Source of the DNA: an uncultured delta proteobacterium
GTDB lineage: Bacteria; Myxococcota; Myxococcia; SLRQ01
NCBI GenBank assembly: GCA_963727485.1
Contig: CAVSGM010000003.1
Location: forward strand, 143,532-207,531
Length of the DNA: 64,000 nt
Direction of reading: 5' to 3'
Shown here: in pieces, positions 19,791 through 29,990 of the stretch
How the letters are laid out: each line of letters starts with the position of its first letter
Position numbering within the stretch: position 1 is the first letter of the stretch
Position numbers and translations under genes: made by a program
The notes under the pieces: generated by a model
The model's input: only the letters and a program-made list of their open reading frames with translations
The model's database searches: none
What the model was told of the DNA's origin: nothing

Positions 19791-20825
19791 TCACGAACCG
19801 TCCGGATCCGGCGGGACGTCCCGGCCCTCGCCGAAGCCCAGGGTCCAGAAGCGCAGGGTGCCCCCGGCCTCCCGGGCGGCCTCGACCGCCGCCTGGATCC
19901 GCGCCGGGGCCTCGAGCTGCCCGTCGTCGGCGAGGCGGAAGGTGCCGAAGTGGATGGCCACGCTGGTCTTCGCCTCGAGGACGTAGTGGGCGCGCACCGC
20001 GTCGGCGGGGGAGAGGTGGACCCGGCCCATGAACCACTCGGGGCGGAAGGCGCCGATGGGGAGCATCGCCAGGCGCACCCGGCCGAAGCGGGCGCGGATC
20101 TCGGCGAAGTGGGGGCCGAAGGCGGTGTCCCCGGCGAAGTAGGCGGCGCCGGCGGGGCCCCGGACCACGTAGCCGCCCCAGAGGGCGCGGTTTCGGTCCC
20201 AGGGCATCCGGTTGGAGAAATGCTTCGCCGGGACCCCGAAGACCTCGACCCCCGGGGCGACCTCGACCGACTGCCACCAGTCGAGCCCGGTGGCCTTCAG
20301 GCCCGCCCCGGCGAGGATCCCGGCGTTGCCCAGGGGCACCACGAAGCGCGGGTGGAAGCGCGCCTCCAGGCGCTTCAGGGTGGGCAGGTCGAGGTGGTCG
20401 TAGTGGTTGTGGCTGACGAGGACCACGTCGATGGGCGGCAGGTCCTCGAAGCGGATCCCCGGGGGGCGCACCCTCGCCGGGCCGGCGAAGCCCACCGGGC
20501 TCGCCCGCTCGGACCAGATGGGATCGGTGAGGAGGTTCACCCCGTCCATCTGGACGAGCATCGTCGCGTGGCCCACGAAGGTCACCCGCAGCGCGCCGGG
20601 GCCCACCCGGGTCGGCGGCTTCGGCCCGGGGACCGCGTCCTCGACCTTCGCCCAGGGCCCGGGCTGCCGGTGCCTTGCCCAGCGCAGGAGGTCGCCGAGA
20701 TCCGCCTCCCCCCGGGGGTCGGCGATCTCGTTGTGGAAGCGGGTGCCGTCGAAGTGGTCCGTCACGGGGAAGGTGGCCGCGGCGCCGAGGAGGGCGGCGC
20801 CAAGGAGCAGGTGAAGCGGGCCCAT
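19791..20825 (-). CDS. MBL-fold metallo-hydrolase (NAPE-PLD/Zn-dependent hydrolase-like), secreted
   Basis: Signal peptide MGPLHLLLGAALLGAAATF. The metallo-beta-lactamase motif VLVSHNHYDHLD is present. Confidence 0.7.
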   Translation of the reverse strand: MGPLHLLLGAALLGAAATFPVTDHFDGTRFHNEIADPRGEADLGDLLRWARHRQPGPWAKVEDAVPGPKPPTRVGPGALRVTFVGHATMLVQMDGVNLLTDPIWSERASPVGFAGPARVRPPGIRFEDLPPIDVVLVSHNHYDHLDLPTLKRLEARFHPRFVVPLGNAGILAGAGLKATGLDWWQSVEVAPGVEVFGVPAKHFSNRMPWDRNRALWGGYVVRGPAGAAYFAGDTAFGPHFAEIRARFGRVRLAMLPIGAFRPEWFMGRVHLSPADAVRAHYVLEAKTSVAIHFGTFRLADDGQLEAPARIQAAVEAAREAGGTLRFWTLGFGEGRDVPPDPDGS

Positions 20826-20893
20826 GGGTCAGTGATAGGCCCGCGGGCCCGGGCCGCCCGCTCGGGGCCGCCGGCTCGGGGTCGCCGGGGGGC

Positions 20894-23477
20894 CTAGTCC
20901 ATCCCCGAGAGGCGGCTGACCTCGCCGTTGAGGAACTCGTTCTCGTCCTTGAGGTCCGAGAGCTCCTCCTCGACGGCGGCGAGGCGCTTCTTCAGGGCCG
21001 CGGTGTCCCCGCCGCCCCCGCCGGCGGCCTTGGCCGCCTCGAGCTCCATCTTGTGGGCCTGCTGGAGCTTCTCGAGCTCGGCGGCGAGGCGGTTGGTGCG
21101 GGTCTCGCGGCTGACCAGCTCCCGGGAGAGGTCGGAGATCTTGGCGGACATCTGGTCCTGGAGCTGCTCCCGGCCGGCGGTGGCCTGGCGCGCCGCCTCG
21201 GCCTGGCGCCGGGCCTCGGCCTGGGCCTCGGCGACCTGGCCGCGGAGCTTCTTCGCCTCGCCGTGGGCCCGGCTGACCTCCTCCTCGAGGCCCCGGGTCG
21301 CGGCCTCGGCGTCGGCGGCACCCCGGTGGACCTCGGTCCGGGCGGTGTCGAGCTCGGCGGCGAGGGCGTCGGCGCGCTCGGTGGCGGCGGCGGTGTCGGC
21401 GCGGGCGGCGTCGATCCCGGCCTGGGCCTCGGCGAGCTGGGCCCGCAGCGCCTCGAGCTCGACGTCCCGGGCCTCGGCCTCGCCCCGGGCCTCGGCGAGG
21501 GCGGCGTCCCGGTCGGCGGCGGCGGCGCCGGCGCGCTCGGCGTCCTGGCGCGCGGCGTCGGCGTCGGCCTGGGCCGCGGCGGCGTCCTGGTGGGCGTGCT
21601 CGGCGGCCTCCCGGGCGGCGTCGGCGTCGGCCCGGGCCCGCGCGGTCTCGGCCTGGGCGGCGGCGACGGCCTCCTGGGCCTGGGCCCGCGCGGCGTCGGC
21701 GTCGGCCCGGGCGGCGTCGGCGTCGGCGTGGGCCTGCTCGGCGGCTTCCCGGGCCTGCTCGGTCTCGGCCTGGGCGGCGGCGACGGCCTCCTGGGCCTGG
21801 GCCTTCGCGGCCTCGGCCTCGGCGCGGGCGGCGTCGGCGTCGGCGCTGGGCCTGCTCGGCGTCGGCCTGGGCCTGCTGGGCGTCGGCCTGGGCCTGCTCG
21901 GCGGCGCTCCGGGCCTGCTCGGCCTCGGCCTGGGTGGCCTGGAGGGCCCCCTGGAGGTCCCCGACCTGGGCCTCGGCGGCCTCGAGGTCCTGCTGGAGCC
22001 GGGCCGCCTGGGCCCCGGCGGCGCCCCGGACCTGCTCGAGCTCGGCGGCGGCCTGCTCGAGGCGGGCGTCGCGGTCGGCGACCTCGCCCCGGGCCGCCTC
22101 GAGGGCGGCCTCGAGCTCGGCGACGCGCCCGTCGCGCTCGGCGAGGGCCTCGGCCTGGCCCTCGAGCTCGGCCTCCCGGTCGGCGAGGGCCGCCTCGAGG
22201 GCCTCCTTCTCGCCGGCGAGCTCGGCGACCCTGGCGTCGGCCTCGCCCCGGACGGCCTCGATCTCCGCCTCGGCCTCGCCGCGGGCCGCGGCGACGGTGG
22301 CCTCGGCCTGCTGGGCCGCCTCCGCCACCTGGGCCTCGGCCTGGGCGTTGGCCTCGGCGACGGCGGCGTCGGCGGCGGCCCGGGCCTCGGCGATCCGGGT
22401 CTCGGCGGTCTCCCGGGCCTCGGCGAGGGCGCCCTCGGCGTCGGCGATGCGCTGGGAGGCGGCCCGGGCCTCGGCCTCGCGCTCGGCGAGGGTCTCGTTG
22501 AGGACCTCGGAGAGGTCCTGGCGTGCCTGCTCGGCGCGATCCATGGCCTCGGCGTGGGCCCGGCCCTTCTCGACCACCTCCTCCTCGAGCTGGGCGATGG
22601 TGGCCAGGTGCTCGTTCTGCTCGTCGGTGGCCAGCGCCGCCTCGCCCCTGGCCTCCATCAGCGCCGACTCCAGCTCCTCCCGGGCCTCGGCCTCCTCGGC
22701 GCGCTCGGTCTCGAGGGTCTCGACGTGGGCCTGGTAGGCCTCGAGGCTCCCGGTCAGCTCGGCGATCCGGTCCGTGAGCTGCCCCCAGCCCTCCCGGGCC
22801 CGGCTCACGGCGGTCTCGAGGAGCTTGACCCGCTCCCGGAAGAACTGGGCCTTCTCGTCGGGGCTGGCCCCGGCGGGCAGGCGCCCGGCGCCGGCGAGGT
22901 CCAAGAAGGGGTCCGGGGGCAGGGCGTCGGCGTCGGGGGCCGGCGCGCCGCCCCCGGGGAGCGGCGGGGGCAGGGGCGGGGGCGCGGTGGCCCCGTCGCC
23001 GGGCAGGCCCCCCAAGGGCTCGCCGGCGGTGAGCTCGGAGATCCCCAGGTCCGAGGCCACCGCGTCGAGGCCCGCGACCTCGGCGCCGGCGGCGGGGAGC
23101 CCGGAGCCGCCCCCGGCCAGGGCGGTGAGCTCGGCGAGGAGCGCCTGCGCGTCGAAGGGCTTGTGGAGGTAGGCGTCGGCCCGGGCCTTGTTCTTCTTGT
23201 GCTGCTCGAAGGCCTCGGGGGTGGCCTCGCCGGAGATGAGGATCACCGGGATCTCGGCGAGCCCCTGGCTCCGGCGCAGGCGGCTGCACACGGTGAACCC
23301 GCTGACCTCCGGGAGCTCCACGGCCAGGACGATGGCGTCCGGGGGCTGCTTCCTCGCCGCCTCGATGCCCGCGTGGCCGTCGCCCACGGTGGTCACCGCC
23401 CACCCCGCCGGCTCGAAGGCCTGGGCCAGGGTGTGGGCGAAGACGGCGTCGCTCTCGATGAGCAGGACGTTGGGCAC
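20894..23477 (-). CDS. FrzS/AglZ-like protein: N-terminal pseudo-receiver domain plus ~700-aa Ala/Glu-rich coiled coil; one single-base frameshift near 21846
   Basis: The GTG start at 23477 is preceded by the RBS GGGAGAGG. The receiver fold VPNVLLIESDAVFA...PDAIVLAVELPEVSGF...ILISGEA...HKPF has the phospho-acceptor Asp position occupied by Ala. A long heptad-repeat region follows (AEAE/AQAE). The frame is lost at ...ADAEQAQ/RRRRR.. and resumes in the 20894..21151 ORF (MSAKISDLSRE...). Confidence 0.7.
21841..21920. repeat. Tandem nucleotide repeat (~18 nt, ggcctgggcctgctcggcgtc-like) inside the coiled-coil coding region
   Basis: gcctgggcctgctcggcgtcggcctgggcctgctgggcgtcggcctgggcctgctcggcggc; encodes AQADAQQAQADAEQAQ on the minus strand; the frameshift lies at its edge. 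Confidence 0.6.
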
Positions 23478-23598
23478 GAGGCCTCTCCCGGCGGCGGGCA
23501 AGCTCGCCCGAAGCGTCGAGAATAGACCGGCCCCCGGGCCCCGAACAAGCAGGCGGCGCTGGCGCCCGGCCCGGCCGTCCCCTATACGTGGGCCACCC

Positions 23599-26150
23599 AT
23601 GCGACATCAGCTCGACAACGGACTGACGGTCCTGCTCCAGGAGAACCGGGCCGCCCGGGTGGTGGCGATGCAGGCCTGGGTCGACGCGGGCAGCGCCGAC
23701 GAGACCGACGCCGAGAGCGGGCTGGCCCACCTCCACGAGCACATGCTCTTCAAGGGCACCGCGCGCCGGGGGGTCGGGGAGATCGCCCGGGCGGTGGAGG
23801 CCGCCGGCGGCGACATCAACGCCTGGACCAGCTTCGACCAGACCGTCTACCACCTGGTGATGGCGAGCCGGGACCTGAACGTCGGCCTCGACATCCTCGC
23901 CGACGCCCTGATGCACTCGGCCTTCGACGCCGAAGAGCTCGCCCGGGAGCAGGAGGTGGTCCTCGAGGAGATCAAGCGCACCTACGACAGCCCCGGGCGC
24001 CGCGCCTCCCGGGCGATGTTCGACCTGGCGTTCACCACCCACCCCTACAAGAAGCCGGTGATCGGCACCGAGGAGACGGTGCGGGGCTTCTCCCGGGCCG
24101 ACGTGGTGGCCTTCTACCGCAAGCACTACCGCCCCGAGAACGTGACCCTGGTCTGCGTCGGCGACCTCGACCCCGACAAGACCCTGGCGGAGATCACGCG
24201 CCTGTTCGGCGACTGGCCGGTTCAGGGCGACGGGGCGCGGGAGCCCGTGCGCGTCGAGGAGCCCCCCAGGAGGGCCTGCGGATCCGGCGGCGCGAGGAGG
24301 ACCTCAAGGAGGTGTACCTCGACCTCGCCTGGCACGCCCCGGCCCTCTCGCACCCGGACGTCGCCGCCCTCGACGTGCTCACCCTGGCGCTCGGCCAGGG
24401 GGAGAGCTCGCGGCTGGTGCACCAGCTGCGGCGCCGGCAGCACCTGGCCAACGACGTGATGGCGTTTGCCTACACCCCCAAGGACCCGGGGCTGCTCCTG
24501 GTCTCCGCCCAGTGCGCCGCCGAGAAGACCGAGGCGGTCCTCGAGGGGATCCTCGACACCTGCTACCGCCTGCGCACCGAGCGCCTCCCCGAGGACGAGC
24601 TGGAGAAGGCCCGGAGCATCATCGAGGCCGACGCCATCTACCAGAAGGAGACGGTGCAGGGGCAGGCGCGCAAGCTGGGCTTCTTCGAGACGGTGGCCGG
24701 GGGCGTGGCCTTCGAGGACGCCTACTACCAGCGCATCCGCCAGGTCACCGCCGACGACGTGCGCCGGGTGGCGCGCACCTACCTCTCGACCGAGGGGCTC
24801 ACGGCCGTCGCCCTCTGCCCCGAGGGGACGGCGATCACCGAGGACCGGATCCGGGAGATCGCCGAGGAGGTCGAGCGGCGCCACGCCCCGGCCAAGCGCC
24901 GGGCCCGGCCCCGCAACGGGCAGATCGTCCCCATGGACCTCTCCAGCGGGGCGCGGCTCATCGTCCAGTCCGACCACCACGTGCCCCTGGTGGCGATGCG
25001 CGGGGTGCTCACCGGGGGCCTGCGCTTCGAGACCCCGGAGGTCAACGGGATCCACCTGCTCATGGCCCGGATGCTCACCTCGGGGACGCGGACCCGGACC
25101 GCCGCCGAGATCGCCCGGACGGTGGACGAGTGGGCGGCGGGGCTCTCGGGGGTCAGCGGGCGCAACTCGTTTGGCCTCGGCGCCGAGCTCCTCTCGCGCC
25201 ACCTGGAGAAGGGGCTCCAGCTGTTCACCGAGTGCCTCACCGGCGCCACCTACCCCGAGGACGAGCTGGACAAGGAGCGCAGCCAGCAGCTCGAGGAGCT
25301 GCGCACCCGGGAGGACGATCCCTCGGGGATGGCCTTCGACCTCTTCGCCGAGACCCGGTGGCGGGTGCACCCCTACCGGATGGACGTGCTGGGGACCCCC
25401 GAGTCCCTGGGGCGCCTCGACGCCGAGGCGCTTAGGCGGTGGCACCGCAGCCACTTCCCGGTGAGCCGCCTGCACCTGGGGATCGTCGGCGACGTGGATC
25501 CGGAGCGGGCGCGGGACCTGGCCGAGGAGGCCCTGGCGGCGGCGCCGGCGCCCGAGGCGATCGCGCTCCCCGAGGTCCCGGTGGAGCCCCCGGTCGACGG
25601 CCCGCGGCGCGCCGAGACCCACCTGGACAAGGCCCAGGCCCACATCGTCCTCGGCTACCCGGGCATCACCCTCGACGACCCGGACCGCTTCGCCCTCGAG
25701 GTGCTCTCCACGGTGCTCTCGGGCCAGGGGGGGCGGCTCTTCGTGGACCTGCGCGACCGGCGGTCGCTGGCCTACTCGGTCACCAGCTTCTCCCTCGAGG
25801 GCCTCGACCCCGGGTACTTCGCGGTCTACCTCGGGTGCTCGCCGGAGAAGGTCGACGAGGCGGTCGAGGGGATCCGGCGCGAGCTGATGGCGCTCACCGA
25901 GGCCCCGGTCGAGGCCGCCGAGCTCGACCGGGCCCGGCGCTACCTCATGGGCGCCCACGACATCGGGCTCCAGCGGGCCGGGAGCCGGGCGGCGGTGATG
26001 GCCTTCAACGACGCCTACGGGGTCGGCTACGACGCCCACCTGGGCTACGCCGACGCCCTCGCCGGGGTGGACGCGGAGGCGGTGCTGGAGCTGGCGCGGC
26101 GCCTCCTCGATCCGCAGCGCGAGATCCTGGCGATCGTCCGGCCCGGGTGA
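23599..26150 (+). CDS. M16-family (pitrilysin-like) zinc peptidase, two tandem M16 units (~850 aa); single-base deletion in a C-run at ~24260-24266
   Basis: MRHQLDNGLTVLLQEN...HLHEHMLFKGT carries the inverted HxxEH zinc motif. The second half (24312..26150 ORF) is also M16-like. The frame switches where gagccccccagg reads PPRRAC but the other frame continues PPQEGLRIRRREEDLKEVYLDLAW. Confidence 0.8.
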
Positions 26151-26237
26151 GGCGCGGCGCAGGATCGGCGCGGGATCGGCGCAGTGCGTCTTGCGGCGCC
26201 CGTCGGCGACGCCTATAGCCTTTCCCTGACGCCTCCC

Positions 26238-26615
26238 ATGCCGGACGACATCGATCGGCGGCTCCACGCCCGCCCCCGCCGGGTCCACCGGCGCCTCGCC
26301 CACCGGGTCACGGTGGCCATCGGCCCCCCCGGTGGGGTCCTGCGACCGGCGGTCACCGGCAACGTGAGCATCTCGGGTCTCTACCTCGAGGCCCCCGGGG
26401 CCGAGATCCCGGGGGCGCGCCTCGACGTGGAGGTGGTCCCCGGCGACGGCGAGCGCTTCCGCCTCCAGGGGGTGGTGGTGTGGGCGGCGGAGACCGGCGA
26501 GACCCGGGAGGGCTTCGGGGTCTGGCTCCTCGACCCGCCGGCGGCCTGGCGGGCGTACTGCGGCGCCCTGGTCGGGGGATCTTCCCCGGAGTCGCCGGGC
26601 CCGGACGAGGACTAG
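26238..26615 (+). CDS. PilZ-domain protein
   Basis: MPDDIDRRLHARPRRVHRRLAHRVTVAIG...GNVSISGLYLEAP... matches the RxxxR and DxSxxG PilZ motifs. Confidence 0.65.
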   Translation: MPDDIDRRLHARPRRVHRRLAHRVTVAIGPPGGVLRPAVTGNVSISGLYLEAPGAEIPGARLDVEVVPGDGERFRLQGVVVWAAETGETREGFGVWLLDPPAAWRAYCGALVGGSSPESPGPDED

Positions 26616-26620
26616 ATTTC

Positions 26621-26965
26621 ATGGGCATGGAGACCTCGCGGCCCTTTCCCAGGTACAAGCGTCGGCTCATGGTCCGCTACGCCTTCGAGGGGCGGGACTG
26701 GCGGCCCGGGTTCACCCGGAACCTCTCGGCCTCGGGCCTCTTCGTGGAGACCCGGCACCTGGAGCCGCCGGGCACCTCCCTGACCATGGAGATCGACCTG
26801 CCGAAGCAGGGCACGGTCCAGGTGCGGGGCGAGGTGATCTGGGGCCGGGCGGTGGGCCGGGGGCTGGAGCGGGTGGCGCTGGGGGGCTTCGGGGTGCGCG
26901 TGGTCCAGGCGGACGAGGGCTGGTACCAGTTCTGCCTGGGCCTCGGGGATCCGTACCGGGGCTGA
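26621..26965 (+). CDS. PilZ-domain protein (second of a tandem pair)
   Basis: MGMETSRPFPRYKRRLMVRYAFEGRDWRPGFTRNLSASGLFVET...; start is 5 nt after the previous stop. Confidence 0.65.
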   Translation: MGMETSRPFPRYKRRLMVRYAFEGRDWRPGFTRNLSASGLFVETRHLEPPGTSLTMEIDLPKQGTVQVRGEVIWGRAVGRGLERVALGGFGVRVVQADEGWYQFCLGLGDPYRG

Positions 26966-27058
26966 GGCCCGGGCTCGGCGCAGGTCCTGCGGGCATGGGG
27001 GAAATCACCCAGGTCTTGCCTCCGTGACGCCGGCCGGTCAAGCTGGGGCCGAAAGGGG

Positions 27059-27450
27059 ATGTCCATGGATCGACGCGAGTTCCTCCGCAGGGCCGGTCTC
27101 ATCGTGGTTGCAATCCCCGCCGGGGAGCTCCTGGCGGCGTGCGGGGGCGCAGGCACCGGCAACCAGGGCGCCCACGGGGCCGACGGTGGCACGGGGCAGA
27201 CCCAGACCTTCACCTCGACGCTGGTCGGCGGCCACACCCACGAGGTGACCATCGCGGTGGCGAACTTCGGCGTGCCCCCGGCCTCGGGCATCACCAAGAC
27301 CACCACCCAGACCAACAGCCACACCCACCAGGTGAGCCTGACCCAGGCCGAGCTGAAGGCGGTCCACAACGGCCAGACCGTGACCAAGGACACCACGGTC
27401 AACGCCGGGCACAAGCACAGCTTCGCCTTCGTGCTGAGCTCGATCCCCTC
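27059..27450 (+). CDS. TAT-signal lipoprotein with three HxH-containing repeats; 3' end uncertain (no in-frame stop before 27805)
   Basis: MSMDRREFLRRAGLIVVAIPAGELLAACGG has a twin-arginine motif plus lipobox. It is followed by GGHTHEVTI / NSHTHQVSL / AGHKHSFAF, each preceded by a Thr-rich strand. The frame then runs into low-information sequence overlapping the NusG paralogue. Confidence 0.4.
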
Positions 27451-28041
27451 ATGGGCGGTATGGGTGAAGCGAGGCGCGGATCCGCCGGTCCCGGCGAGGC
27501 CCCCGAGGGCGCGTGGCACGCGGTGGCGGTCCACGCCCGGCAGGAGAAGGCCGCGGCGGCGGCGCTGGCCGACCGGGGCCTCGAGGTGTTCCTCCCCACG
27601 CGCATCGAGCGCCGCCCCTGGAGCGACCGGGTCAAGAAGGTCGAGCTGGCGTTCTTCCCCGGGTATCTCTTCGTGCGCACCGCGTTGTCGGCGGCCCGCC
27701 GGGTGGAGATGCTCAAGGTCCGGCAGGTCTACGACCTGGTGGGCAAGATCCCCGGCGACGACCGCATCGCCCGGGCCATCCCCGACTGGGAGATCGAGAG
27801 CCTGAAGACGGTGGTCCGGTCGGCGCGCGAGGTGGACCCGGTGGAGGGGCTGGTGAAGGGGACGCCGGTGGTCATCGGCGCCGGGGGGCTCAAGGGCGCG
27901 CGGGGGGTGGTGCTCCAGGGGCCCGACGGGCAGCGGCGCCTGGTGGTGCAGGTGGAGCTGCTGGGCCGCGGGGTGCGGACGACGCTGTCGGCGGAGGATG
28001 TGCTGGTGGGGGACGAGGCGGCGGGCACCGTCCGCGGGTAG
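27451..28041 (+). CDS. NusG-family specialised paralogue (NGN + KOW; RfaH/UpxY/LoaP-like antiterminator candidate)
   Basis: AWHAVAVHARQEKAAAAALADRGLEVFLPTRIER...ELAFFPGYLFVR is the NGN domain. VKGTPVVIGAGGLKGARGVVLQ is the KOW motif. The stop lies 7 nt before the asnB-like start. Confidence 0.7.
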   Translation: MGGMGEARRGSAGPGEAPEGAWHAVAVHARQEKAAAAALADRGLEVFLPTRIERRPWSDRVKKVELAFFPGYLFVRTALSAARRVEMLKVRQVYDLVGKIPGDDRIARAIPDWEIESLKTVVRSAREVDPVEGLVKGTPVVIGAGGLKGARGVVLQGPDGQRRLVVQVELLGRGVRTTLSAEDVLVGDEAAGTVRG

Positions 28042-28048
28042 CGCGACC

Positions 28049-29931
28049 ATGTGTGGCATCAACGGGGCCTTTGCCTTCGGCGACTCGGCGCCGGAACCCT
28101 CGGTGGACGAGGCGGTGCGGGTGCGTGACGCCATGACCGCCCGGGGCCCCGATGGCGAGGGCCTGTGGCGGGATGCCGTCGGGCCGGGTGGTCCTCGGGC
28201 ACCGGCGCCTGGCGATCATCGGTCTCGGCGAGGGCGGGGCCCAGCCCATGGCGAGGGCCGACGGCTCGCTGGTGGTCACCTTCAACGGCGAGATCTACAA
28301 CTACCGGGCCCTGCGCGCCGAGCTCGAGGCCGAGGGCGTCGCCTTCCGCTCCGAGAGCGACACCGAGGTGCTGCTCCACCTCTACCGCCGCGACGGCGCC
28401 GAGCTGGTGCACCGGCTCCAGGGGATGTTCGCGTTCGGGATCTGGGACGCCCGGGCGCGGCGCCTGGTCCTCGCCCGGGACCCCCACGGGATCAAGCCGC
28501 TGTACTACGCCGAGGACGCGGGGACCTTGCGCTTCGCCTCGTCGGTGCGGGCGTTGGCGGCCGGCGGCGGGATCTCCCGGCGCGTGGACCCGGCGGGGGT
28601 GGTGGGGTTCCTCGCCTGGGGGGCGGTGCAGGAGCCGCGGACGATCCTGGCGGCGGTGCGGGCGTTGCCGGCGGGCTCGGTACTCACCGTGGATGCCGGG
28701 GGCGCGCCGCAGGTGCGCCGCTACTGGCGGCCGGTGGACGCCTACGCTGGACGGCGGGGCCGCCGACGTGGCGGGGGTGCGGGCGGCGCTCCGGGAGAGC
28801 GTGGGCCGGCACCTGGTCGCCGACGTGCCGGTGGGGATCCTCCTCTCGGCGGGCGTCGACTCCACCGCGCTCCTGGGGATGGCCGCCGAGGTCGCCGACC
28901 CGCCGCCCCACGCGGTGACCCTGGCCTTCGCCGAGTTCCGGGGGAAGCACGAGGACGAGGCGCCGCTCGCCGGCGAGGTGGCGCAAAGCTACGGCGCCGG
29001 CCACGACGTGGTGGAGATCTCCGGGGACCAGGTGCGCGCCGGGATCGACGCGTTCCTCGCGGCCATGGACCAGCCGACGGTGGACGGCCTGAACGTCTAC
29101 TGGGCCTCCCACGCGGTGCGGGCCGCCGGGCTCAAGGCGGCGATCTCGGGCCTCGGGGGCGACGAGCTCTTCGGCGGCTACCCGAGCTTCCGGCGCTATC
29201 CCAAGGTCAGGCAGGTGGCGGGCGTGCTGGGGCGGCTGCCGGCGCGGGGGCTGTGGGCGGCGCCGGTGGCGCGCCTCGCCGGGCCCCGGCGTCGCGACCG
29301 CCTCGCCGATCTCCTCGGGGGCGACGTGACCCCCGCGGGGACCTACCACGCCCTGCGCGGGCTCTTCGGCCTCGGGGAGCTCCGGGCGCTGTTGCCGCCG
29401 TCCCTGTGGGACGCGGCGGGGGGCGAGGTGGCGGCCCTGGGGCCGGTCACCGACGCGCTGAAGGGCACCGAGCGGCGGTCGCCATGGGTGCAGATCGCCG
29501 TGGCCGAGCAGAGCCTCTACATGCGCAACCAGCTCCTGCGCGATGCGGACTGGGCCTCGATGGGGCACAGCCTGGAGCTGCGGGTGCCGCTCGTGGATCG
29601 GACGCTCACCGAGGCGGTGGGGCCCTGGGCGGCGGCGCGGGACGGCCGGGCCGGGAAGCGGCCGCTGGCGGAGGCGCCCCGGCGTCCGCTGCCGGCGAAG
29701 ATCCTCAATCGGGAGAAGACCGGCTTCGGGATGCCGCTGCAGGACTGGGTCGGCGCCGACGCCCGGGCGGGGCGGGTGCCACCGCTGCCCGGGTGGCTGC
29801 GGTGGACCGGGGGAGACGCGGCGCGGGATCGGCTGGTGGCGCGGACGGCAACGGCCGAGGTCCACTGGGCGCGGCTGTGGGCGCTCACGGTGCTGGCGCA
29901 GTACGCCGAGGCGGTGGGCGTCGAGGGGTAA
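28049..29931 (+). CDS. Asparagine synthase (glutamine-hydrolysing)-like amidotransferase (AsnB/WbpS/exosortase-associated type); two single-base frameshifts (~28180 and ~28750)
   Basis: MCGINGAFAFGD... N-terminal Cys nucleophile; GRVVLGHRRLAIIGL; SAGVDSTALLGMAAE PP-loop. It is spread over three listed ORFs (27998.., 28152.., 28165..). Confidence 0.8.
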
Positions 29932-29990
29932 GGGGTCGGGGGGGTGACCCGCGTCGTGCCCAGGGGCTGGGCGATGGTAGCCTGCCGGGC

